This document shows positions 1 through 14,701 of a stretch of DNA of 64,000 bases, piece by piece. The notes beneath the pieces are model-generated. The model was not told the DNA's origin and did no database searches. It was given only the letters and a program-made list of their open reading frames with translations. Within the stretch, counting starts at the first letter, position 1, and the number at the start of each line of letters is the position of its first letter. The position numbers and the translations under genes were made by a program. Source of the stretch: the human T2T-CHM13v2.0 reference genome, Homo sapiens; NCBI RefSeq assembly GCF_009914755.1, contig NC_060925.1; one strand, 5' to 3'.

Positions 1-249
1 CCTTATTTTCCCAACAAGACTGTAAATTTATAGAGGCCAAAGATATAGCCTTTGAAGTTTTTGTATCCTTTTAATACCTTACACGAAATCTTGCATTTGG
101 GCAGGGATGTAACATATACGTTAACCTGGAAGATCTACACATGGAACATGTAATACACCCTGATACCACATGCAAATGATTTGTTTTCATAGTTTCTTGC
201 AACTGTGCTTCTTCTTCATTGCAAGTGATTAAGAAGTATCTACATTTTA

Positions 250-420
<171 letters not shown>

Positions 421-2849
421 CTATTAACAAAGAAGAAAAAATGACACATAAATACACAGCTTGTATCATCTGAACCTAAATCAAAACGTTCTCAACAAAG
501 ATGGAGCTGCGTAGTAAAATCACCAATCTTGTTTATATCGAAACATAATTACATTTGTTGACAAGCGTTCAGCAGCTAAATGCGCCATCATAAATTGTTA
601 CTGGAATGAATAATATAAAAGGAATGCTTTTTAATTTTCAAAACTGGCAATCTTTCTGGCTCAACATAAAATCAAGCACTGTTGCTTCTGACAGGAAAAT
701 AGCTAAGATTAATTATCTAAAGAGATCACAATATTGTTGCTAGGTTATCAATTGGTTACTAATGCTTTACTGTCAGAACAACATTTATTACAGGAAAAGT
801 ATGATCAATTTCTTTTAGGATATTACGCAGCAGTGAATTCTCTTAAAACATTTTAAATAGAAGGAAATAGTGATGCTTCCCTTATAATTTATATGATTAG
901 AATTCTTCAGTTAATTATTTATTAGCTGAGTGAGAAAACATAATTTGAATGCATTAATGCTGGTCTACTGCTATTTAACATTCTAACATGATACTGGATT
1001 ATATTTGTAAAAACATGATATATAAAAACCGAGAAGTGGACCTTCTGCTATTTTTGGAACCAGTTACTATATAATTAGATTCTTCTGTCTAATTTTGGTC
1101 TCCTAAATTGAAAAGTTATATAAAAAAATAAGAAATGGGCCAGTTAGAAATCAAGACGAATACAAAAAAGAAAGCATTTAAAGTCTTCAAACTTTTCAAG
1201 CTATAGAAAGATTCTGTGTTCATTTCCTGCATCATAATCCTTGATGCAGGGTTGGGATAGGGCCTGGGGAACATGAAGCAGAAATAAATGAAAGCATGTT
1301 TATGACAACCCATGTTCTTTTAGTAAGACAGAGAGATATCTGACAGTATCTTGAGGTTTTAAAGAAACTAATTTGAGAACAAACAGATTATTAGGAAGAA
1401 AAAAAGGGAAAAATTAACTAAAATTTATTCAGGTAAAATTCAAAATTCAAGGTATATATTTAAACACATATACTCATATGGTTAAATATAATGAAAAATT
1501 AGTGCTGGAGAGTACAGTTATTTCAAATATAGATTTTATTTATAAAGCACAAAGTACAGTCATAATTAATGATCTGAGTAATCTAAGGGCCACATGCAGT
1601 CAAAAAAATACACCACAAAACCTTATCAACATATCTTAACAGTAAATGAGCATTTGTCTAGTTTTCTTTTACCTTTTTATTGAGCGCATACTGTTTCTGT
1701 TACAAAATAATTATAATTATTAAAATATTTCAAAAAACCTTTCAAAAATTCATTCTGTTAATGACTAACTTAGCTCTGCTTGGCTCTCCAAAAGTTCATT
1801 AACATGCATGACTATAACATTTTTATTGGATTTTGAGGTATGGTCTTGGCTCATGATGCCAAGAAAAATGAATAGTTATGACTGTGTCTACTTTTTAAGA
1901 TTATATATACATTTTTAAAAAGTAGAATGATGTCACAGAGAAGACATACTCTTTTTGTACAAATTTAAAGTTATTCCTTTACTTATTCAGCAAACATTTA
2001 TCAGTATCTATTATGGACTTAGCATAAGACTCCAGTGGTGGTGAAAATGGGGAGGGGGAAAAGAGAAGATGGGAGATACAAAGGAAATGAAACTTTCAGT
2101 TCTCATTATTGGAAGAATTTAAAGTCAGAGTGGCGAAAGAAAACATAAATATGTGTATATGAAATCATTAGGTACAGTGGTAGTGGCGGCAGGCATAACC
2201 AACTTTATTAACGACTAGTGAAGACTGTATTATTTAGTCCTTACAACAATCCTAAATATGCTGCATCAAATATACATTTTTTCCTTGGTAGGATAAAATT
2301 TGTGCTTCCATGGAAAAACTATGCTTTCAGGAGTATACCCTTTCAGTCATTGAATGCTAATTCTATGGAATCTATTTTACAACTCTACCTTGTAGCTAAC
2401 CGAAAGCAATGGGAAATACTTCTTAACTACAGAAACACAAATAAATTCTGTCCTGTGGAATGACAACCTTCCTTTCTGTGGAAAAGCTAGTTTTGGGTCC
2501 ATTTAAACCATCATTTCAATACTCCTTTACTCCATATACACTTGAGCTTCTTTGACTTCTCCTTTCAACTGGTTATAACATCTGCCCAGTTCCCTCATTA
2601 GCTAATGAGTTAAATAAAATCTTTAACACATACCCACTTTATATCCATATGAGAGTCATAATATTACCTTTTTGTAAAAAAGTATCCTTTCACATATCTT
2701 ATCCCTATTGAAATCTCCCCTTAGCAAAAGACTGGAGCAAAGTTTACCTTCTGTAGAGCATATACCAGACAGGCTCAGATATCAGAAATAGCTGAAGAGG
2801 AGGGGAAGGTACCATTCTGAAAACAGGGAATAAAGTGGGAATCTGAATT

Positions 2850-3002
2850 CTGCAGTGCGGGTCTTCTGTAATCAAGCTGTGAAAACCAACTCATGAACTA
2901 GCTACTTCTGATCCTCTGTTAAAACATAATAAACATTCTTACAGTTTAAGCCACTGCAGGTCAGGTTTTCTATACTTGCTGAACGAATTTCTGAGTGATA
3001 AA
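2850..3002 (+). mobile_element. Degraded MaLR (MLT1-like) LTR 3' portion
   Basis: aataaacattcttacagtttaagccactg...gtcaggttttctatacttgc resembles the MLT1 3' end. Confidence 0.5.
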
Positions 3003-5367
3003 GAGTTTGCTCTGTTCAGGGAGTTATGAGTAGTTCAGGATGCCTGCAGAGCAGTGTTGGCAGAAGGGACTGTATAACACGAATGGAAAAGAGCACTGCG
3101 GCTGGACCATGGGGCCATACATGCCACCTTTGTCCCATGAAGATGTTTGGACTTAACAGCGATGTGGAGTCATTAAAGTAGACCAGATGCATGGATGCTG
3201 GTAGAGAGCTCGAGTTGGACACGGTTGAGACTGAAGAGGGAGGAGACCAACTAGGTTTGCCATAGTTCAGACACTCACTTCCTCATCTCAGTTATAATAA
3301 CTAAAGAATGATGCAAGTTACTGCACAATGAAACTTCTTGGTTGTACAAATATTAAATATCAATAAAAATTTTAAAAGAATTAAGGCTGGTTTTATTGAT
3401 TTCAGATACTTTTAAAGCTCAAACTAAGCTAAAACAATTATTAGCCAGGGCACGTTTCTTAAGAAACACATTTTTAGAAATAATCAGAAGAAATACTTGA
3501 GTGCCTGATATTAGATGCTCACTGTGACTATTAATACCATTGGTTTCTATTTACTTTGTTTTTGCACTAGTTATATGTAATTGGAGTATTCTAATTGCTT
3601 AAAAATAACTCTCCCAAGTCAATATTGCCTTTATAACTATTTTTTCATACTTCTTAAAATTTATTATGTAGGCCTATTTACAAAGATAGTGAAAAACAAA
3701 CTTCAGGAACAACCAACTCCCTCTTCTAAACCTTTTTTTTTCCATCTGCTGGACCAAACATTTTGGGTATCTTCACAGAGCAAATGAAATATAACATTTT
3801 CATTCAACTCCCTTCCCCGACCCCCAACATAGCTACATAAAGAAAAAGAGAAAAATGTTCAAGGAGAATAAAGTTAATAAACTCAGCAACACCAAACCTG
3901 AAGACCTGAGCCATAAGAAAAACAGCTAGCTGTATATTTCAGTAATTCTATCAAGAATTGACTGTCTGCTACACAGCATTGAGAGATCTGGATTATTGAT
4001 CCATAAGATCACCCCATTTAGGCTTGCCCCACACCCCCCTTCTTTCAGACAGGTGCAGTGGAGTTGCTACAAATGACACTAAGTAAGGTCTACTCTGTTA
4101 TTTAGTTGTCACTCTTAATGTAAACAATAGCAGTTATTTTTTAATTTAAAATCAATGAATGTCTCAAAGGCAGCCTTGTTTCTTCAGTCTAAATGAGTCA
4201 TTTGTCTTTGCAAAGCAGAACATTTGGAATACTACTCAAGGTGATGGTCGGCATTTTCTGTTTCTTTCTTCTGCAGTGTTTTGAGAATGACAATGCAACG
4301 TCCTAGGAACAGACCCAAAGTTATTAAAGAACAATATTAAGATCCTTTTGTAAGGTGTATCAGAAAAACACCAATCAACTAGATATGTGTTTTAGTTGGG
4401 ATATTTGCATGGGGAGGAAGAGAAGGGAGACAAATCAAAACCAACCTATTCTGAAGTGGAAAGGATAAAGAAATGGTGCATTTTTGTTACGGGTCTGTCA
4501 CTTACGATTTGAAACATGGTTTCCCAAGTATTACTTCTGAAAATTTTCCTATTAAATATTAGAAAAGCAGAACTCAAAAAGAAGTCTTTTTGTTTTATTT
4601 TGCTTTTTAAACCAACTTCACTTGGTTTATTCCCATCGTTGGCTGCAGGCTATCTTTTAAATGGGGTGGTGGCAGGAAGCTGGACATCTTATCTGGAGGG
4701 AAAAAAGTAGAAACAAAACAAAACAACAACCCAATAAACTCAAAACAAAAAACAGAAACAAAAACTCTACTGAGAACCACCTTGCCTGAAAACCTGGCTT
4801 TTGACACGGGCTGACAAGGACCGAAGCAGGCAGTGTCAGACGCAATAATAGTAAAGAGAAGACAAGAGGAACTTGTCTCTTCATTGCATGCAATTACAAA
4901 CAGAGGCTGTTCAGAGAATTAGGCCTAGTTAAAGCTGCCCCCTGGATAAAATGTGTTCCCAAGCAGCCTCGGACAAGCTGCAAAACAGACAAACAGACGT
5001 GACTATGGGCCCTGGCATTTGGCAAGAACACTCACTGTCAGTTAGAAAAATATCAGCCTGGACAGGGCATCAGCTGCACAGAAATAAAGCAGGTCTGTGG
5101 TGTCACTGGAGGAGCATTCCAATGGCAGAGATAAGGATGGGGGTTGGGAAACCCAGCCCCATGTGAACTTCCTTTTCTAGATCCAAATTACCCTCCCCGC
5201 TTTACTTGGTGTCAATATGTCTCAACGTATTAAACTGAACAGACAGACATCAGTATCTAGCTTTTTTTCCTTTAGTACCCAAACGCACAATACAATAAGT
5301 ATCAAGCACTTTCAAGTATAAATGTTTTATAACGACTAGAATGATTGAATTAAATCCTTGTTTTTCT

Positions 5368-5988
<621 letters not shown>

Positions 5989-6719
5989 AAATCCTTGTTT
6001 TTAATGGTGGTGTTTTCTTTCAAAGCAGCTTTTTGTGCATGATCTCTTTGGACATTCATAGCAACCCTTTGCATTTGGTATCGTGGATCACAGCCTGACC
6101 AGTTCTTGGCTCTGGTCTTCTCTCTTGATGGCTTTGGTCATTTGACTACACATTCTGCCTCAAACCTGATCTTAGCAAGAGGTGGTTTAAGTTTTAGCTC
6201 AGTGCACTGAAGTTAGTACTTGGGTTTCAGTAATTGGATCCAAGCTTTATTCTAGACTTACCCTACCTTACCACAAACCTTGTAGTAACTTAGTTCTTTC
6301 AGAACTCGGTAATTGCCTTGACCTCCTAGATGCTCAATTCCTGGCCATGAAATGGAATCTGGTGATGGAGGCTCTTTCTAATGCTGCCTGCCTACCCTTC
6401 TCCAAGCATCAGCTGCCCCTGGCTCCTATCCCTGTTCACTGCCTACCTGTTGGCAACTCTTGACTCTATGTTGATTAACCTTCCACCACATGTAGTCTGA
6501 GGCTCTACCCCTTAGATAGAATGATCTGCCTGCCACTGTGTAGTTCCTCTCACTGCTTCAGATGGATCTGTCCTGTTAGTGCCTCTTCCACTCTAGTCAG
6601 AGGGTTCGAGTCCAAACTTCCTTCTTCCCAGTCTGCTTTATCCTGCTACAGGTAATTGGTGGCCTCTTCTGGAGCTACTGTTTATTGTGTTTCCTATGTG
6701 CCTAGTGTGAGTGAGCCAC

Positions 6720-7497
6720 TGATATGGACAGGAGACAGGGAAACACTAGGTAGAAGATGGCAGTACCCCAGCAAAGGTCCCACCCTCAAGCCTGGAAACC
6801 TATGGTCCTAAATGAGAATAGGCATTCCTGTTTTTGCGCCCAAAAGTTGCCTTTGGACTGCCACACCTCCCTATCCTGTACCCATATAAACCCCAGGCCC
6901 CAGGCTCCAGCAGCAGACAAGGAGAAGACAGACAAAAGAGCAGAAGCACAGCAGAATGGTGTGGCAGAGAGAAGAGAAGGAGCATCTGAACGTCAAGAAG
7001 AATTTGGCTGGGGATAGTCAGAGAGGAATTTGGCTGCTGGACGGCCAAATTCCAGGGGAAGACCATCTTCCCACTCCGTCCCCTTCCCAGCTCCCCATCC
7101 ATCTCACTGAAAGCCATCTCCACCACTCAATAAAAGCCCGGCATTTACCATCCTCAAGTCCCTGTGTGACCGAATTCTTCCTGGGTGCTGGACAAGGACC
7201 TGGGTACCAAGAGGGCACTGAGCTGGTTAACACTTAAGCTGTCTGTGGATGGCAAAGCTAAAAGAGTGCACTGTAACACACACCATGCCCACTTGGGCTT
7301 TGGGAGTCACAAGTACCCACCCCTAGATGCTACTGTGGGGCCAGAGCCCCAAAGTGCTCACCCCTGGCTCCTGTATCTGTCCATCTGGGTGTTCCACCTC
7401 CTGTTAGGGGTTTGAGGGCACACAGTGGACCAACAGACAAGCCACACCCCTGTCACACCTCCTGCGAGGGGTGACAGGGAACACTCCCGTTTTAGCA
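6720..7497 (+). mobile_element. ERV1 solo LTR, MER50-like
   Basis: TG...CA ends, 4-bp TSD ccac (6716-6719 and 7498-7501), start tgatatggacaggagacagggaaa like MER50, TATA-like catataaa near 6883, AATAAA near 7129. Confidence 0.8.
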
Positions 7498-8394
7498 CCA
7501 CTGTGTCAGAAGGCTTCTGAAGGAGCTCAAGGGCCTCATTTCATTCCTGCTGCCACCCTGCTAGTGAAGGACTCTCCTGACTCCTCAAAGCAGTGTCAGC
7601 AGGGCTGAAATGTAGTGTGCAAGGAGGTGAGATGCAGGGGACAAGGTGGGAGCCTTCAGAAGAGCCAGAAACTTACTGAAATTATGTGCAAAATACAGGT
7701 ATGCATACTTTTCTAGCAAGAGGATGCATGAATTTTATCTGATTCTGAATGATTAACAGAGAGGGTTACCCAAAAAAATAGACTCAGTAGTTTTAAAGCA
7801 AACTATTCATAACCTAAAATAGAAAATACTTGTCTTAAAATATCATTGGAATATTTAAAAATATGCCACATATATAGGTCACCTTTTAAAATCACAATAT
7901 CAAAAAACACAGAATAGGTGTGTGCGCTAAACTAAAATATCCAAATCAATGAATATGCATAGGCCTGGGTTGAAAGGCATGGAAGACTGTGCAACAAAAT
8001 ACTGATGATAATGATTTGTGTGTGATGGCATTTTGTGGGAATTTTCTTCTTTACCCTTCTCATTATTAATATTTTTTCTTACATTAAGCACGCAATGAAA
8101 GATACAAATTATAACCAGATTAATTAGAAAAAAGAAAAACAATGGTATTGATAAATGTAAGTGGTTTTGGCAGCTGGATGAATTTCTCAAAGGCAAAGTC
8201 AAGCTTTTCACACTGGGGCAGCTGTGGTGTAAATTGAAGCTTTAGGTTGCATTGGTTTGATTTGCATTTGGGATGAGCCAGAGAGTCAGGACATGTTCCT
8301 TCTTGTAACACCATGTCTGCTTTCTCACTAGAGCTTTGAAAAAGTCCGCTTATCAATGTTTGAGAAGGCTTTTTATCAGCCTTTGGCATGTTAC

Positions 8395-8612
8395 TTACAT
8401 TCTCTTTGCCTCAATTTCCTTAACTTCAAGAATTATGATTAAACTAATGCTTACCTCAAAAGATTTCATTTAGAAATCATTTATGTAAAACATTTTAGCA
8501 CGTATATATTCAATAACTGTTAGCTATTACTCTTACTATTATTATCATCCCCACCCTACAGATAAGGAGCCCAGGCACAAAAAAGTTAAGTAATTTACCT
8601 AGAGTCACAGAT
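8395..8612. mobile_element. Two MIR fragments in opposite orientation
   Basis: MIR core motifs ctttgcctcaatttcct...cttacctc and cagataaggagcccaggcacaaaaagttaagtaatttacc. Confidence 0.6.
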
Positions 8613-9006
8613 GGAAGGCACTTTCCATACAATACATGCAGAAGAATGCTTAGTGTAGGGTGTCACTAAACACATACCAAATAAACACATAGCAGAGTAA
8701 ACTCATTACATCTGAAAATTGCCATTATGCTACAATAAAGGAAGAATTAGGGTCATTTGAAAAAATCATGTAGGCATTTTTTTGGTAGTTAATAGAAAGG
8801 TTAACTTTTTCTTCATTGTCCATTTCTGCTTGCTTTAAATGTGTCATAACATACAAGAATGAAACACTCATTTTCATTTCAAAAACTCAATTAAAACTCA
8901 CAAGAGTCCTTGAGAAGAAAACCCACTGATATTCTGACATCAGCCTATTGCTGCAGATTCTCTCTTGGCCACCATTTGGTACTTTCTCTTCAAAGATGTC
9001 TTGCTT

Positions 9007-9338
<332 letters not shown>

Positions 9339-9879
9339 CTAAAGCCTAGAGGGACTGCTAGTCCAATGATATCATTCCTTGTGTATGTTAAGAAATACAC
9401 GACACCATATTCCTAACCAGCTCAGTTAAATATTTCTTTTGTACTGCTTCATTATTCCACACAAATGATAACTGAAAATGGTAGCGGCTGTTTTATGAAA
9501 TTCAGGTAATTATTACAACTTCTTTACCATATGTAAATGAAGACATTCTCACATCTGGGGGAATGTTGAATGGGGTTTCTAAAAATCGATTCGAGAGACC
9601 TGCTGTTATATCTTAGCTTACATCATGCCCCGTATTTTTCCAGGTCCTTTAGATTTTTTTTCTTAACAACTGGTACTCATCGAGACCATATATATGTGCT
9701 AACATTAGAGCAATGTATTCTAGCTACTTTAAGAAATTTTCTGTGTTTCCTAATTCTGCCCTAAAAATTTTTCTGTTTCCTAATTCTGCCCATGTTAGAG
9801 AGCCTGCTTTTTTCCTTCAGTCCTCTTAGCGCCCTCAAGTCTAAACGTCTTTCTCCTCTTTGAACTTTCCTAACCTTGC

Positions 9880-10095
9880 TACTCTTCCAAGTGTTTTTCT
9901 CCGTATTTCCATATCAATCTGTGCATGTTGCTGTCATATCTTACCATACAGTATATAGTATTTGCCTCAAGTTGTTTTAAGATTAGAGGAGACTGTCAGC
10001 TAAATATATATGGAAAACAACTTGAGGCAAAGAACCATGTCTAATTCCCAGAACCTAGCTTTGTTTTTCATATATTAAAAGCACAAGAAAAGCTT
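9880..10095 (+). mobile_element. L2 3' remnant containing an inverted repeat
   Basis: cttgaggcaaagaaccatgtct...cccagaacctagc...ttattgaactaaaatgaat resembles the L2 3' end. Confidence 0.5.
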
Positions 10096-13000
10096 ATTGA
10101 ACTAAAATGAATAAAACCACCATAACTATCATTGTCTCAACATTTCAGGTGGTAATCAATCATGAATTTTTTAAAATAATAACACTTCTTTCTTGAACTG
10201 TTATTTAAATTTATTCAAAAACATTCCCTTAACAATTGACAAATTTTGACAAAGTATCAGTTATTCTTAGATGCTAAACTAAACAGAAGGGTAAGATAGC
10301 TCCCACCTTCAAGGAGTTCATAACCTAATGTAGGAAATGAACATGAACAATAAATTACTATGCAATGTAATAAATCCACAGGGCTATACTAGCAGACCAC
10401 CTCTTTGGGGAAATTGAGGAAAATTCATTTCGCCTGAACTGAAATTGGATATTGTCTCTCCAAGTAGAATCTGATATTTGAGGCATCTTGGAGTATTCTT
10501 TTATTCTTCACACCACAGTACCTAGGAAATAGTAGGCACTTACTAAACTGTTTACCTCATTCTCAGCTATAATTATGCATTTCTGGAATCTGTTTATCAT
10601 TGATATTTAGTGTAGAGTTTCAACAATTATGCTCATTGTAATTTGCTTAAAAATGATATCTTGGATCTCACATAAAAAACCTATCAAAATAGACTACAGA
10701 TTCAGATGTAATCCCACACTCTCTCTTTGATAATGACACTATTATTAAATGTTTCCTAGGATGCTATGGTTGCCATTCATAATATCTATAATAAAATTAT
10801 GAGATATTCCTAATATTCCTAACTTTTTTGAGGGAAGTCCATGCATTTACTCATTTTTGGATCTACTTCATCTAGTGCACTATATGATATCTGGATATGT
10901 TTGTTGAATTGACCTTTTACTGTATTCTTCTGTTTGATATCTCAGACTCTAAGCCAAGCTCTAAGTTCCGTTCTGAGGTAGCATGTTAGGACAGATACGT
11001 GCTAAGTTTTTTTCTTTCATCAGCACAGGAAATAATAGAATTTAAAGAGCAAAGTAGAGAATATATATATTTAATTTTATTTTTCCATTTAATACATGTT
11101 GGTTTCTTAAGTATTGGAATTTATTATCTGAACTACTACAAACATCCAGGCTCACTGAGTTTTAACTATATAAAAGGTATTATGCCAGTAATTTTTACAT
11201 AATGTAATCCTCATAAAAACCCATTACATATCTGAGGAATCTGAAGTCCAGAACTGTTACTTGTCAAAGATCCCATGAACAGAAAGTTAAGTTATTGTAT
11301 TTGTAACAAAGCTTTCTTGACTCCAAGGAACTACTTTTCCCCCGTACCTTACTACATCATCCAACGTACTTTATTATAACCTACTTAATAAACTTCTGCT
11401 GAAAACGTAATGTATGCCATGCCCTATGCCATCAGACAGGAAATACATTTTTTAATTGAGAAATAAAAAAGATACGATGTTCATTTTCTAGGGGTTCAAG
11501 TCTATTGATCATGTGGGAAAAATGATTCCAAACCAATTTTCAAAGAGAATCCTCAACCAGCATATAAGGGCATTCTAGGCCCCTAAGTGAGAGAACACAT
11601 TTGCAGAGGCACAAAGGCATTCAGATGTGCACGTGACGTGCCATAGCTGTGTCGCTCTGTAGGCAACTCAGTATAACTGGAGTTGGCACATATGGAGCAG
11701 TGGGAGGAGATGACACCTCTCTGCACACATCAAGTTTTAGTAAATTCTATAAATCTGTCTATTCACAATTATTGAAAATTCCCCTTAAGAAACTTATTTA
11801 ATTTATGCAGTTTATTAATCATACTGACAAATTGAATTCAATGGAAAAAGTCCGCTCCATAATTCTCTATAGACACAATTCTGGAAGTTGCTCTCAGGCA
11901 GAGATGGAGTCAAATGTGGATCCATTTCCAAGCTAACTCTTGAAGTTGAGAGTCCCCACTCATTCAAGAGAGTCTACAATTTACTTGCATAATTGATTTG
12001 GCAAATACAGGCTGAAGACTGAATTCAGCTTTGATTTTCTGCAACGTGTCCCATGACTTTGCTTGTCGTGCAAAGTAATATGGTAATGATAATGTAACAG
12101 TTCTATATGCTATAATGTACATTTTCTGAGTAGGACTACTAAAGAGCAAAGAAAAATGTGCTTGCTACTTTTATCTCCATATTGAGAAGATAAGACTAAA
12201 TGTCTTAATATTAGGCCAGAATATCAGAAACTTTTGAAATATATAAGAAGTTATTTCTATTTTGAAATATGTCAGACAGTGTTACCATGTAAATGCAAAC
12301 TTACTTGCATTTAGGTTAAACTATTGCTTATTGGTGGAATTCAATTGGAAACCTATGACACAGTTGAAATGCCACCTCCTTTATGCAGAGTCTTCTGATA
12401 CCCATTGCCAGAAATAATCTCTTACTCATGGGAGAAAACAGTATTTTCTGCCTTAAACTACAGCTATATATGTACACAAACTAATATTCTAGCCAGACTG
12501 TATATTCCTTGAAGGCAGTAAGGCCCACATCTGATTTATTTCTTTAAGTACATTTTCCTTAGCAGTTACATGCCTTGCCATATCAGGTATTTAATAAATA
12601 GTTATTGAATAAAATTTAACAAGGCATGTCAAGGCTTTTTTAAATTAGTAATCTGTTTTCATGTTAACCAGTCTTTTTATTGTGGTTCCAATTTCTTTAA
12701 TATATAAATGCTTAGTTACAGAACACTACAAAACATATTTGTTCCATTTCTTGGGCTTTAGAATAAAAATATCTGCAAAACTAAGCTTGTTAACTGAAGC
12801 TAGTTTTTACAGTATATGCATGTACTTTTATTCTAAAATGTTTCCCTTTCTACATAATTTTGCATTTCACTAACTGTAACTTTATGAAAAGAATGCTTTC
12901 AGACCCTCCTCCTCCCTGATAGTTTTTGGTAGATATATGTTATATCCCTAAAACTTTTACAGACTTGTTAGCAAATATTTACTAGACTATAAAACATACT

Positions 13001-13599
13001 GTAATAGCTAGGTGAGGTATCACGAGGCTTGTGATAAGTACGTGAACATTAATGTTCAACAATTGGGAGGAAGAGGATTTCAGGATTCTCCTAATTCACT
13101 TCAATTGAAATAACTGGAAAGTTGGGGAGCATTAACTTATATTCAGGATAGTTTTGACATTAAGATCTTTGAACCAAAGGCAGTTTATAATTTTGTTAAA
13201 TTGGGTCTATTACTTGCTGTATTTAAGAGGTCTACTGATTTTAAATGTCTATGGAGAAAAACACTACCCTACAAAAATTAACTTCAAATATAAACTGTCT
13301 TTTCCTCTTCTCATTTTTACAATGCTTTTCTTTAGAAAAACATACAAGTCCCTATGTTTTATAAACTTCAGAAATCAAATGCCAAATGATTCAACAACGA
13401 TCAGGTTAGTCATGATTGCAAAATGTTGTCACTTTTCTTTGCACATAAATCGATCTACATACTGTTTAAGTGACTATTTTAGAAGAATCAACAGTTTTGA
13501 CTAAAGGCAAGATAACAGATTTCAGGAAGCAGTCAAGTTTACTTTTAAATGGCATAGAAATAAGACTAAAAAACAAAAAAAAGACACTGCTGTATAAAT

Positions 13600-14090
13600 T
13601 ATCCACCATTTGACCTGAGAAAGCTATTTAACCCTTCTATTTCCTCCTATGTAAAATGGGGATAATAAGAATATCTACCTCATAGGGTAATACTGGAAAT
13701 TCAATGAGTTAAAATACATCATTAACACTCAATGAATCTTAGCTATTATGGTGTTCGCTATAAACATGATGGGGAAATCTTTTTCTTCAACTAAATTCAT
13801 ATATTTTAAATTATCTGTTTTTTCATTTCTCCTCACCTACTCATCTACTCATCTTGTGAGGCAGAAGAGCACAGCAGTTAAGAGTGTGGACTGTGCAGCC
13901 CAAAGAGACAAAGTTCAATTCCTGCTCCCTTACTTAACAACTTGGATGAACCTGGGCAAGTTAGTTAATCCTTTTATGCTTGGCCTTTCTCATGTGTGAA
14001 ATGGAGATGATAGCAGAACCAATCTCACAGAGTTGATGTGAAGATTAAAGAAATGTGTGCCTCACAGTATGCAGTCAATAAATGTTACCC
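13600..14090 (+). mobile_element. Two MIR copies (about 13600-13750 and 13858-14090)
   Basis: tgtaaaatggggataataagaatatctacctcatagggt and gttaagagtgtggactgtgcagcc...cctgggcaagttagttaa. Confidence 0.75.
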
Positions 14091-14584
14091 ATAATTTCCC
14101 ACAAAGGAAATTTGTATAAAATAAACTGAATATGGCATAATTTGGCATTTTTGAGGCCCAATCATAAGTACAAAAGAGTAAAGAAACTCTGCGGTTGAGA
14201 TCATATTTTATTGTTACAGTACAAATTGGAAATAGAATAGATTTATTAGTAGCTAATAAGGTCTAAATGTATTCTACAAACTAAAATATGAAAGTGTCAT
14301 TTATGTTAACATGGCAGAACACAGCACACCAAATCATAGTTTCTCAAGCTGATTTCCCACAACACTTTATATCTTTTTCATGCGTCTTAAAATCTACCGT
14401 AGAGATGGTATAGTTTACTTGAGGAAGTAAAACAAGTTCATTGCAGCTGGTATATCGCATTCAAGGTAAGAAGTAATTGGATATGAGGCTGAAAAAATAA
14501 GAAAGGCTAGACCAGGAAGGCCTTGCTAGCCATGTTTAGGACTTGGTTTTAAGGCAATGAGAAGCCATTAAGAATTTTTAAGTA

Positions 14585-14701
14585 GGCCAGCAGGATGATT
14601 TATGCCTGTAATCCCAGCACTTTGGGAGGCTGAGATGGGAGGACTGCCTGAGGCCAGAAGTTCAAGACCAGCCTGGGCAACATAGCAAGAACTTATCACT
14701 C

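Noticed and set aside
2594-2609. 16-bp palindrome ctcattagctaatgag
   Set aside because: About one such palindrome is expected by chance in 64 kb of AT-rich sequence, and it may belong to a decayed repeat.
4230-4304. Possible minus-strand acceptor gttcctag|GACG with a short open frame
   Set aside because: No convincing donor and a poor pyrimidine tract.
9736-9791. 30-bp period tandem duplication (gtttcctaattctgccc twice); similar small duplications near 16270-16365, 28706-28761, 35304-35335 and 51215-51263
   Set aside because: Ordinary slippage duplications with no further structure.
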